Position numbers and translations under genes: made by a program | Notes under the pieces: model-generated | Seen by the model: only the letters and a program-made list of their open reading frames with translations | Database searches by the model: none | What the model was told of the DNA's origin: nothing | In this document: positions 26,336 to 34,125 of the stretch, piece by piece | Position numbering within the stretch: position 1 is the first letter of the stretch | How the letters are laid out: each line of letters starts with the position of its first letter | Virus record (IMG/VR): IMGVR_UViG_2773857891_000002 | Source of the DNA: a virus | Strand: one strand, 5' to 3' | DNA length: 64,000 nt

Positions 26336-27169
26336 ATGGTTGTTTCACAAAATGGCTGGTCCGGCGTGTGGACGGGTTTGTCCCCGACGCTCACAAGCCT
26401 GCGGTGGATCACGGGCCGTGTGCGTCGCGGGAACGTCCACACGATCTTTGATTACCTCGGTGAGCGCTTCCACAAGGAAGTCGAACCGATCACGAAATCG
26501 CATTCGTGGGGGTGGGCTAACCGGGCGATCCGGGGTGCGTCCACTCTCTCAAACCACGCCAGTGGTACTGCGGTGGACTTCAACGCGCCAAGGCACCCCC
26601 TCGGCGCGTGGGGCACTTTCAAGCCCGTACAGGTCACCGCGATCCGCCGAATCTTGAAAGACCTCGATGGGGTCGTCCGGTGGGGTGGGGACTACACCGG
26701 ACGCAAGGATGAGATGCATTTTGAGATCGTCGGGTCCGCGTCAAAGGTCGCTGCGGTGGCCCGGAAAATCAAGACCGCGAAAGCCCCGAAGCCGTCCACA
26801 CCGTCTGTGGTGAAAGGGCTTGTGGAGGACTCTAAGTGGGGTTCTGCGACGACTCGCCGCGCCCAGCAGGTCGCAGGGACACCGGATGACGGGAAGGTGT
26901 CCGGGCAGGAGCGGCAGCACCGAAACCAGCATCTCACGACCGGGTGGGAGTGGGGGGCACCTGGTGCGGGTAAAGGGTCCCAGCTGATTGCCCGCCTGCA
27001 GCAGGACCTGAAAAAGAAGGGCCTCTACAAGGGGAAGATCGACGGCATCGCCGGCCCCGGGTTCTGGTCTGGGTTCAAGAAAGCGCAGAAGGAAAAGACC
27101 ATCAAGGCTGCGATCAGGCGGTTCCAAATGTGCCTGAATGAAGGCCGTTTTTGGACTATCAGGAAATAA
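26336..27169 (+). CDS. Endolysin, M15-family Zn peptidase with C-terminal peptidoglycan-binding region
   Basis: SNHASGTAVD and DEMHFEI zinc motifs; KGKIDGIAGP PG-binding-like motif. Confidence 0.92.
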   Translation: MVVSQNGWSGVWTGLSPTLTSLRWITGRVRRGNVHTIFDYLGERFHKEVEPITKSHSWGWANRAIRGASTLSNHASGTAVDFNAPRHPLGAWGTFKPVQVTAIRRILKDLDGVVRWGGDYTGRKDEMHFEIVGSASKVAAVARKIKTAKAPKPSTPSVVKGLVEDSKWGSATTRRAQQVAGTPDDGKVSGQERQHRNQHLTTGWEWGAPGAGKGSQLIARLQQDLKKKGLYKGKIDGIAGPGFWSGFKKAQKEKTIKAAIRRFQMCLNEGRFWTIRK

Positions 27170-27180
27170 GGAGAAACATC

Positions 27181-27396
27181 ATGGAACACGTTGAGAATCT
27201 TGTGCGGCCTGCTGCGATCCGTGCGGTCCGCACTTTCTTGCAGGTGCTGATCCCTGCGCTTGGTGCGGGTGCTATCACTGAGCTCGACTACCTGGGCGCG
27301 GTCAGTATCGCTGCCGGTGCCACCCTAATCGCTTTCCTTCAAGGCGTACTCGGTGGCCTACCCGAAGCGGAAGGCCAGGGTGATGGGACTCTCTGA
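27181..27396 (+). CDS. Holin (r1t-like)
   Basis: RAVRTFLQ motif; two TM helices; follows endolysin. Confidence 0.85.
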   Translation: MEHVENLVRPAAIRAVRTFLQVLIPALGAGAITELDYLGAVSIAAGATLIAFLQGVLGGLPEAEGQGDGTL

Positions 27397-27619
27397 CGCG
27401 CTCAAAGCGCAAAAAGTACCCGTGGGTGGCCCACGCTGCCAGGTCGGGCGACTGCTGCACACCTTGCCCGCCGATGACGTCGACGCTTTGGCGGAGGCTT
27501 TGGACTCGGACATGACGCACGCGTCAATTAGTCGTGCGCTCATCGAAGAAGGTCATCGGGTCACCGCGATCACGGTCGGGCGGCACCGTAGAGAGGAATG
27601 CTCTTGTGGCACTTTCTGA
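27383..27619 (+). CDS. small Cys/HTH-like protein upstream of the phosphoesterase
   Basis: C.V..LL..L..DD..AL..AL....ISRAL..EG....VGRHRR.ECSC. Confidence 0.75.
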   Translation: MGLSDALKAQKVPVGGPRCQVGRLLHTLPADDVDALAEALDSDMTHASISRALIEEGHRVTAITVGRHRREECSCGTF

Positions 27620-28754
27620 CCGGCTAGCGGAGAAAACAGCGAAGTCTCGGGCGCACATTGAGGTGGATTCTACGGGCGCGGATGTCACTGACGTGCCCGT
27701 GGAGGGCACCCTTGATGGGGATTGGGGTGCGCTAATCCGCCATTTTGGCCTTGATCCTGATGCTTTTGAGGTTGTGGATGACACGGTGCGAATGTCGATG
27801 CGGGAGCACCCAACAGGCGACAAGGGGTGGCTTTCGTCATACTCGGCGCGCTTCCGTAAGATTCGCCACGAGATGATCCGCCCGGAAGTCCTACAAAGGT
27901 GGCGTGACGACCTCACGGACTGGGAGCCGGACCCTATCTCCCATGTGGAGCAGGACCACACTTACCTGGTGCTGGTCGCTGATCCGCAGCTTGGGAAAAA
28001 GGGCACTCAGGAGGCTGTGGAAAACTGGCGGCGCGGGGTGTCTGCGCATGTCAGGCAGATACGGGCTTTGAAGCCTGCGCGGGTGCATGTCGCTTTCATG
28101 GGCGATGAGACGGAAGGTGCCTGCAACAATTACGCCAACCAACCACACACGATAGAACTGAATCAGTCCCAGCAGCTGGAATTGGACTTCGATATGCGCG
28201 TGTGGACGATCAAGCAACTTCTCGCGACTGGTCTGCCTGTATCCGCATCGTCTGTGATATCCAACCACGGCGAATGGACACGTAACGGCAGCAAAGACCC
28301 CGTGACCAGCAGCAACGACAACGCGAGCACCCACATCGCCCGTATGACGCAACGGCTTTTCCATGAGCTAGGTCACGACATTGAGTGGACCATCGGGGAA
28401 ACCCACCCCGGCATCACCCTCACCTTGGGTGGTGTGGAGTGCTATTTCTCCCACGGATACAAGGAAAAGGGCCGGGGAACGTCCACGGAGACGCGCACCA
28501 GGGCGGCGATTGAACGGCAAATCCTAGGCCGCACAGAAGAACTCGGCACAACGAAACTGTGGTTCATGGCGCACTACCACCACTTCTACACCCAAGAATT
28601 CGAGGGCCGCACACTCTTTGGGTGCCCTGCTCTTGAGGCGGAAAGGTCGAGCGAGTACATGCTCGACCAGTACGGTGTGTGGTCACCGCCGGGGATGCTC
28701 GGGATGCTTGTGGGTGGCAGTGGGAGGGGGTGGCAAAATGCCAACGTCTTTTGA
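27606..28754 (+). CDS. Calcineurin-like metallophosphoesterase (MRE11-like)
   Basis: ADPQLG, MGDETEG, SNHGE, SHG and AHYHH variant motifs I-V. Confidence 0.82.
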   Translation: MALSDRLAEKTAKSRAHIEVDSTGADVTDVPVEGTLDGDWGALIRHFGLDPDAFEVVDDTVRMSMREHPTGDKGWLSSYSARFRKIRHEMIRPEVLQRWRDDLTDWEPDPISHVEQDHTYLVLVADPQLGKKGTQEAVENWRRGVSAHVRQIRALKPARVHVAFMGDETEGACNNYANQPHTIELNQSQQLELDFDMRVWTIKQLLATGLPVSASSVISNHGEWTRNGSKDPVTSSNDNASTHIARMTQRLFHELGHDIEWTIGETHPGITLTLGGVECYFSHGYKEKGRGTSTETRTRAAIERQILGRTEELGTTKLWFMAHYHHFYTQEFEGRTLFGCPALEAERSSEYMLDQYGVWSPPGMLGMLVGGSGRGWQNANVF

Positions 28755-28881
28755 GTGCCCCGAGTGCCTGACGCCTTTCCCGTCTCAGGCGGCTGCTGAC
28801 CGGTGTGCCATGTGGTGCGGGGGAAGCGAACCCAACCACGAGAAGTATCGTCCGCGCCGCTGGGATGATTACGACGAATAA
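28738..28881 (+). CDS. small zinc-ribbon protein (47 aa)
   Basis: CPEC...C..WC; overlaps the phosphoesterase stop. Confidence 0.6.
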   Translation: MPTSFECPECLTPFPSQAAADRCAMWCGGSEPNHEKYRPRRWDDYDE

Positions 28882-28885
28882 CACA

Positions 28886-28915
28886 AGCGCCCCCACCCTA
28901 ACCGGTGGGGGCGCT
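28886..28915. terminator. Bidirectional terminator between convergent operons
   Basis: AGCGCCCCCACC-ctaacc-GGTGGGGGCGCT, 12-bp stem. Confidence 0.8.
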
Positions 28916-28923
28916 ATTCGTGT

Positions 28924-29331
28924 TTACGGGGCCTTCGCTTCTATGTGCACATACTCCACAGCGAACTCCACCCCTGACATATGCGCGTACAATGCAGCCT
29001 GCTGTATGGCCGAAGAGTACATGCTCCAGGGGAGACCAGATTTACCGTCTGTCGCCGTGAGAAATGACGCCTCATTCTTGAAAACGATGAGATCGATTGC
29101 CCTGCCGGTGTCAGCTGCGAGGTCGATCTGCTCCATTTCCCCTTCAAGGAATTTGTCGTAACGGTCCACCATTTCCAGCAGGTAGGTCACTGCGTGGGCG
29201 GGTGGGGTTATTGTTGCGCACCATCTTTCTACAGAGCGTTTGCCGTGCGCGCCTAGCCCAAGCGCAGAGGCAATGGTTTGCTGCTCTAACCCAATAGCCG
29301 AGCGAAGCGCATTGAAAGTAGCCGGATTCAT
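28924..29331 (-). CDS. Aca2/YdiL (DUF1870)-like HTH repressor
   Basis: MNPATFNALRS..RSVERW..P..V..LLEM N-terminal HTH, and LIVFKNEASF..W.MY.SA C-terminal pattern matching Aca2/YdiL as I recall them; AGGAG RBS. Confidence 0.7.
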   Translation of the reverse strand: MNPATFNALRSAIGLEQQTIASALGLGAHGKRSVERWCATITPPAHAVTYLLEMVDRYDKFLEGEMEQIDLAADTGRAIDLIVFKNEASFLTATDGKSGLPWSMYSSAIQQAALYAHMSGVEFAVEYVHIEAKAP

Positions 29332-29349
29332 AGTTCTCTCCTAAGAAAG

Positions 29350-29377
29350 ATGGCCCCCACCCGGAGGTGAGGGCCAT
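29350..29377 (-). terminator. Intergenic hairpin/attenuator between candidate acr and aca
   Basis: ATGGCCC-t-CACC-tccg-GGTG-g-GGGCCAT followed by CTTTCTT on the minus strand. Confidence 0.6.
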
Positions 29378-29386
29378 AGGTGATGG

Positions 29387-29632
29387 TTAGTTTCGGGTGA
29401 TTTCCTTGACGAAGTTCTTCACGTCTTGGGTATTCATCGGACGTTCGGTTTTCCCTGTCCAGATGGTTTCGTTGCTCTCGAGGTCTTTGATGGTCAGGCC
29501 TTGCGCCCCGCCGTTGACGACGATGATTTTGAATGCTGCGATGGTTTTTTGTGGGAAGCCTTCAACGATGGTGACCTGCGCGGTGTAGTTGGTGGTGTTG
29601 CCGGTTTTGTTGAAGATGATTGCTTGTGCCAT
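29387..29632 (-). CDS. 81-aa unknown protein; candidate anti-CRISPR/anti-defence protein
   Basis: GGAAGGA RBS before ATG 29632; first gene after a strong promoter; directly upstream of the Aca2-like gene. Confidence 0.7.
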   Translation of the reverse strand: MAQAIIFNKTGNTTNYTAQVTIVEGFPQKTIAAFKIIVVNGGAQGLTIKDLESNETIWTGKTERPMNTQDVKNFVKEITRN

Positions 29633-29693
29633 GGTTCCGGTCCTTCCGGGTTGTGCGGCCTGTGGACTGTTGTCCTGCCGTCTTGATGTTTCT

Positions 29694-29723
29694 ATTCTAT
29701 GACGGTTGAACCGACATGCGCAA
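29694..29723 (-). promoter_or_regulatory. Sigma70 promoter with palindromic operator in the spacer
   Basis: TTGCGC-18 bp-TAGAAT; spacer contains ATG-t-CGGTT-c-AACCG-t-CAT. Confidence 0.75.
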
Positions 29724-29797
29724 GTGGTGAGCGGGTGAAAACAAGTCAACCCAAAAACCCTGACACCACAAAATCAACCCCCACAACTTGACACCTG

Positions 29798-31231
29798 TCA
29801 CCCAGCAAGTAAAACCGCAGCCCTCGCCAAGAAAATCGACTTATCAGCAGGCTCCAAAGCCGCAAAGGCGCCCAGCAGATCATCCACACTTACACCTGGC
29901 ATCGGAGCTGGAGCGACCTCCACACCCGGAGCTGCCCCCATCAGCTGAAGCCTTTGCCCCACGGCCTCCATCGCCTCACGGGCAAGCTCCATACTCACAT
30001 GCTGATACTGCTGGGTCGTGACAATCTCGGAGTGCCCCATAATCTCCTTGATTGTCTTGGGGTCAATCCGCATATGAAGCAGGAGACTCGCGGTGGTGTG
30101 GCGTATCTCGTGGATGACATACCTTTGCCCACCGACTTCTTTGCCGTCCACAATCGTGGGTGGGGTCTTCCAGATACCAAGCTCTTCTTGGATCGCGGCC
30201 CACTCCGCCCGGTCGGCGGCCATGTTTTGCGGCTCGCCTGTCGCTCTAGGCCACACTAGATTACCTTCACTGCGCGGGCAGTGCTCTTTCCATACCTCGA
30301 GCATCTTCGCGAGCACGGGGATCATGGGCGCGAGTCGGTAGCCTGAGTCGGATTTGAGCTCTACGAGGTGGAAGGAGCCCCATAGCTGCTGGGACTTGTG
30401 GCCGTGGGGGACGCGGAAGCCGCTGGTCTGGTCGTAGGCCACATTGTAGGGGAGGTTTTGGAGCTGCCAGGAGATCGTGAAGTAGGATTCTTCGAGGTGT
30501 ACGCGGTCCCATGTCATGCCGAGCGCTTCGCCTTGACGCATGCCCTCAAGAAAAGCGGCGAGCCACCTGGAAGCGAATCCTGCTTTCTGGGGGTCGGCGT
30601 CGACTAGCCTGCCGAGGTGTCGCACGACTTTGAGTGCGTCTTCTAGTGGGAGGTCGCGCCGGTCGTGCGCTGATTTCGCGGGCTTCTTGACAAGGAGCAC
30701 TGAGTCTGGGACACGGTAGCCTTCTGCGATTGCTGCCCTGAGCGCGCTTTGAAATTGCCCAAGCACAGTCCCCGCGTAGGTCGTGCTCTTCCCACCATCC
30801 AGCATCGCTTTCACTATTGCTTTGGCGTGACTCGCCTCGAGGTCTTGAAGCTGCACCCTCCCGACGATGGGGATCATCCACCGCGTGACGTAGGTGCGGG
30901 TCCCGTTGAAGGTCTTAGGGCGCACGCGGGTCTGCTCTGCCTCGAGCCATTCCTTCAACCACGCCCCGACTGTCTTCGAGCGGGATTTCGCAGCGGCGCG
31001 ACCTTCCAACATCAGCCGCTTGCGTCGCACCTGGAATTTGTCCCACGCTATGTCTTCGTCTTTGTGTGAGACGTAGATGCGCTTTCGGGTGCCTAGTGCG
31101 CTGTCTCCTATTTCGATGCTTCCACGCCACATGCCGCTTGGCTCGTGCCACCGGAAGGAGCCTTCCCCGTGCTTGGGGATGTGACTTTTTTTGGGTGTCT
31201 TGCCGGTGTCCTGAGTCGATTTTCTGGCCAT
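29798..31231 (-). CDS. int: Tyrosine integrase
   Basis: GMRQGEALG (R), HEIRH (HxxR), MGHS...TTQQY (H/Y). Confidence 0.95.
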   Translation of the reverse strand: MARKSTQDTGKTPKKSHIPKHGEGSFRWHEPSGMWRGSIEIGDSALGTRKRIYVSHKDEDIAWDKFQVRRKRLMLEGRAAAKSRSKTVGAWLKEWLEAEQTRVRPKTFNGTRTYVTRWMIPIVGRVQLQDLEASHAKAIVKAMLDGGKSTTYAGTVLGQFQSALRAAIAEGYRVPDSVLLVKKPAKSAHDRRDLPLEDALKVVRHLGRLVDADPQKAGFASRWLAAFLEGMRQGEALGMTWDRVHLEESYFTISWQLQNLPYNVAYDQTSGFRVPHGHKSQQLWGSFHLVELKSDSGYRLAPMIPVLAKMLEVWKEHCPRSEGNLVWPRATGEPQNMAADRAEWAAIQEELGIWKTPPTIVDGKEVGGQRYVIHEIRHTTASLLLHMRIDPKTIKEIMGHSEIVTTQQYQHVSMELAREAMEAVGQRLQLMGAAPGVEVAPAPMPGVSVDDLLGAFAALEPADKSIFLARAAVLLAG

Positions 31232-31238
31232 GATTTAC

Positions 31239-31260
31239 TACCTCCATTACTACCCACATT
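31239..31260. repeat. Integrase arm-type repeat (left)
   Basis: TACCTCCATTACTACCCACATT is identical at 31465-31486; overlaps the int SD (GGAGG on the minus strand). Confidence 0.75.
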
Positions 31261-31343
31261 GCGACGGTATTCTGACGATACCGTGAGGGCGTGTAATCCG
31301 CATAATCTCGCGGTTTCTTACGTCTCAGTCTACCTTATGCTTA

Positions 31344-31391
31344 CGACTGAAAATCGAAAGGTCACCGGATCGATGCCGGTCGGAGCCACCA
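31344..31391 (+). other. attP core = 3' part of tRNA-Phe(GAA)
   Basis: CGA-CTGAAAA-TCG anticodon arm, ACCGG-ATCGATG-CCGGT T arm, CGGAGCCA-CCA end; the 5' half of the tRNA is absent. Confidence 0.85.
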
Positions 31392-31395
31392 CCCC

Positions 31396-31429
31396 GGGAG
31401 CCGCTAGAAATAGCGGCTCCCATTCTTTT
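31396..31429 (+). terminator. Intrinsic terminator for the reconstituted tRNA
   Basis: GGGAGCCGCTA-gaaa-TAGCGGCTCCC followed by ATTCTTTTT. Confidence 0.85.
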
Positions 31430-31464
31430 TGCCCTGAGGTCGTCACGACCCAAAAGAAGGCCAT

Positions 31465-31486
31465 TACCTCCATTACTACCCACATT
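31465..31486. repeat. Integrase arm-type repeat (right)
   Basis: 22-bp identity with 31239-31260. Confidence 0.75.
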
Positions 31487-31546
31487 CAAAGTCAATTGCG
31501 CACCCACGCTACATAGGCGTAATCCCCGCGATAGATTTCACAAATC

Positions 31547-31578
31547 AGGCCCCACCTCGGTTGAGGTGGGGCCTTTTT
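31547..31578. terminator. Terminator downstream of immA
   Basis: AGGCCCCACCTC-ggtt-GAGGTGGGGCCT with T-run. Confidence 0.8.
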
Positions 31579-31584
31579 CCGTTT

Positions 31585-31950
31585 TCAGGCTTTCGCAGAC
31601 GCTCGCCATATGTCAAGAATCGACTCGGGCAAGCTAAGCGCCGCAGCGACCGCCCCAGGACTCTCATAAAGCATCTCTGCCTCCATGAGCTCTACAGGGT
31701 CCACAAGTAACTCCGCCGCAAACCTGTTCGCCTGCCGCTCGTCCCGCTCCCGGCTGTGAGGATTAACCCGCCAGTCATGCCCATGATGGATATGTCCAAG
31801 CTCATGCGCCAACGCCACCCGTTGCGTCATGATCGAGCGATGCTGATTGATCAGGATCCTGTCGTCCAGCAGTAGGCCGGTGTAGCGGGACATTGACACC
31901 CACTCCACCTTGTAGCCCGCAGCTTGGGCCATCTCGATCAGGGCATCCAT
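31585..31950 (-). CDS. ImmA/IrrE-family metallopeptidase
   Basis: AHELGH (HExxH) and ERQANRFAAELL. Confidence 0.9.
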   Translation of the reverse strand: MDALIEMAQAAGYKVEWVSMSRYTGLLLDDRILINQHRSIMTQRVALAHELGHIHHGHDWRVNPHSRERDERQANRFAAELLVDPVELMEAEMLYESPGAVAAALSLPESILDIWRASAKA

Positions 31951-31960
31951 GCATCCTCCA

Positions 31961-32386
31961 TCAGGGTTGGGTTTCTTGAGCTTCGGACTCTTTATCATGG
32001 TCAGCCTCGCTTGCTGCCAGGACGAAGTCTTTTATATCCGCTCCCACTGACAGCGCCAGGTAGTGCATCGTAGAGTCCATGGCTTTCTGCCGTCGTTGCG
32101 CGGGGATTCGTTCCACGAGAGTGCCGACCATGACAAGCCACTTTTCAGTTGCCGCGTCAAACTCTGGGGCGTCTGAGACGCCTAGAGCCTCGAAAATCTT
32201 CTCAAGAGACTTGCTGTTCGGCCTTGTTGCGCCACGCTCGATGTTTGAGATGGTTTGCCGACTGATCCCGGTCGCATCTGACAGTTCTTGCTGGCTGATT
32301 CCTAGGCGCTCACGAATGTCCGCGATGGTCGCAGCCGCCTCGACACGCTCCGCCTGAGTCATGTCGGCGATCTTTTTTCTTGACAT
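31961..32386 (-). CDS. Immunity repressor (XRE HTH)
   Basis: IRERLGISQQELSDATGISRQTISNIERG; divergent from Cro. Confidence 0.9.
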   Translation of the reverse strand: MSRKKIADMTQAERVEAAATIADIRERLGISQQELSDATGISRQTISNIERGATRPNSKSLEKIFEALGVSDAPEFDAATEKWLVMVGTLVERIPAQRRQKAMDSTMHYLALSVGADIKDFVLAASEADHDKESEAQETQP

Positions 32387-32520
32387 TGTGAACCCCTGGT
32401 TACTAGTAGTGAATACGCCAAAATAGTACCTCACAATTTGACATTCCGTCAATTGTAGCGGGTGAAAGATGACATTAATGCTTGCGTCCATGTCAAAAGT
32501 TAGGCAGGATATTTGACATG
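32380..32520. promoter_or_regulatory. Genetic-switch region with TGACAT-based operators
   Basis: TTGAC-attcc-GTCAA (32438-32452), CATGTCAAA-N14-TTTGACATG (32489-32520), and further TGACAT half-sites. Confidence 0.65.
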
Positions 32521-32724
32521 GCACAGCAAACAAACAACACCGGCACATCACTGAGGAGCCTACGTCGCCTCGCCGGACTCACACTCGAAGACGTAGCCGC
32601 CCAAGCAGACACATCAGTCTCCTACCTTTCCAAAGTAGAAACCGGCAGGTACGAACCCACAAGGGTTTACGTCGCCAAAGTCACCGCGATCATCGCAGAC
32701 GCCCTCGCCAAGACTGCCGCCTAA
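32518..32724 (+). CDS. Cro-like HTH repressor
   Basis: LRRLAGLTLEDVAAQADTSVSYLSKVETG. Confidence 0.88.
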   Translation: MAQQTNNTGTSLRSLRRLAGLTLEDVAAQADTSVSYLSKVETGRYEPTRVYVAKVTAIIADALAKTAA

Positions 32725-32808
32725 CACACTCCCCCTCCCCCTTGTTTCACCAAGACCGTCGTACGGCGGCACCCACACCAAGTGGGCCTAGAACAGAAGG
32801 ACACTTCC

Positions 32809-33075
32809 ATGTCTGAAACGAGTTTTGTCATGCTTCGTCGCATCATCCGTGCTGAGTCCCTGCAAATGGGCATCAAAATGTCCAGCCGGGCAGCTGACCG
32901 TATCGCAGGGCAGCTTCTCGAGGCGGAAGCTTTCAAAGCCTGGTGCGCGGACATCGACGCACAGGACGTAGAGCTATTCGGGTCGATCAGTGAACCGCAC
33001 TCGGACCCCACCGCACGCACAGCAATCCAGCGCATCCTCCGCAAGCAATTCCAATTAGAAAGGCAAGCAGCATGA
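32809..33075 (+). CDS. hypothetical phage protein
   Basis: AAGGA RBS; ends ERQAA with ATGA coupling. Confidence 0.7.
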   Translation: MSETSFVMLRRIIRAESLQMGIKMSSRAADRIAGQLLEAEAFKAWCADIDAQDVELFGSISEPHSDPTARTAIQRILRKQFQLERQAA

Positions 33076-33248
33076 ACACCGACAAGTACACTCCGCGTCA
33101 CGCGAAACCCGGCTGGAATGTGGAGCACACCATCTACCAACGCGCATTCCACGAAGGAATCGCCGCCCGACGCAAAAAACTTGGTATCACACCACGACAC
33201 GCAAGGGACGAAGGCCCCGTGAATCCTGATGTAGTTACTGCCGCTTGA
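33072..33248 (+). CDS. 58-aa hypothetical protein (not in the ORF track)
   Basis: ATGA overlap; MNTDKYTPRHAK...VVTAA. Confidence 0.55.
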   Translation: MNTDKYTPRHAKPGWNVEHTIYQRAFHEGIAARRKKLGITPRHARDEGPVNPDVVTAA

Positions 33249-33354
33249 GCGGAGATGATTTTTTTCGCTGTATCCCGCTAGAGATAGCACCCCGATAAAC
33301 CAAAGCCCACCAGCGACCACTGGTGGGCTTCGACATTCCCGAAAGGAAACCGTA

Positions 33355-34125
33355 ATGAATCTGTCCATTGTACCAACGATTGAGCGCTCAGACGATGGTG
33401 CTCTTGTCGTTTCATCCGAGCAAATCGCCGAGGGGTCAGGCGTCCAACACAAGAACGTGCTGGAGCTCGCAGCGACCCACATGGCGAGTCTTCAACGATT
33501 TGGGACGGTCGCGTTTGAAACGCGACCGTTGCCAGGCGGCGGAAACCCAGTCCGAATCGCTCTGCTGAATGAGCAGCAAGCAACCCTACTCATGACCTTT
33601 ATGCGGAACACCGAGCAAGTCGTCGCTTTCAAAGTCGCTTTGGTGGATGCCTTCTACCAGATGGCTAAAACCCTGAGGCCGACTGTCCCGCAAACCTACG
33701 CCGAAGCCCTACGCGCCGCAGCCGACGCAGCCGACGCAGCCGACGCACTATCCCAGAAAGAGCAAGTCATCGCACTACTGGAGCCGAAAGCAGCGTCGTG
33801 GGATTCGGTCGTGTCATCTGCCGGGTCGTGGTCCTTCAATGATGCCGCGAAAGTGCTGCATGAGTCGGGGCAGATCGACATTGGCGAGAAGCGCCTAGTC
33901 CGCGCACTCGTGGACTGGGGGTACCTGTACCGAGACCACAAAAAGCGCCCTCACGTGTACCAGCGCTTTGTAGAGCAGGGACTTTTCGTCGCTAAAGCCC
34001 GCACCTACAAAGATCTAAAAACCGGCATCGAAATGGCGTCATCAGCCCCACAAGTACGCATCACCGGTAAAGGCCTAGACATGATCCGCACCCGCATCAC
34101 CGCAAACAAGGAGGTCACAGCATGA
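33355..34125 (+). CDS. Antirepressor (Rha-like N-terminus plus ANT/KilAC C-terminus)
   Basis: VVSSEQIAEG..HKNVLEL, LLNEQQATLLMTFMRNT, PQTYAEALR, PQVRITGKG. Confidence 0.9.
   Translation: MNLSIVPTIERSDDGALVVSSEQIAEGSGVQHKNVLELAATHMASLQRFGTVAFETRPLPGGGNPVRIALLNEQQATLLMTFMRNTEQVVAFKVALVDAFYQMAKTLRPTVPQTYAEALRAAADAADAADALSQKEQVIALLEPKAASWDSVVSSAGSWSFNDAAKVLHESGQIDIGEKRLVRALVDWGYLYRDHKKRPHVYQRFVEQGLFVAKARTYKDLKTGIEMASSAPQVRITGKGLDMIRTRITANKEVTA

Noticed and set aside
29633-29749. 120-aa version of the acr-candidate ORF starting at 29749
   Set aside because: The extension runs through the promoter and operator; a strong SD precedes ATG 29632.
31320-31391. Complete phage tRNA-Phe gene
   Set aside because: The 5' acceptor strand and D-arm are missing; the match begins in the anticodon stem, as expected for attP.
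31145-31516. ORF 31145-31516 as a gene
   Set aside because: Spans the attP core, terminator and int start; composition and context are non-coding.
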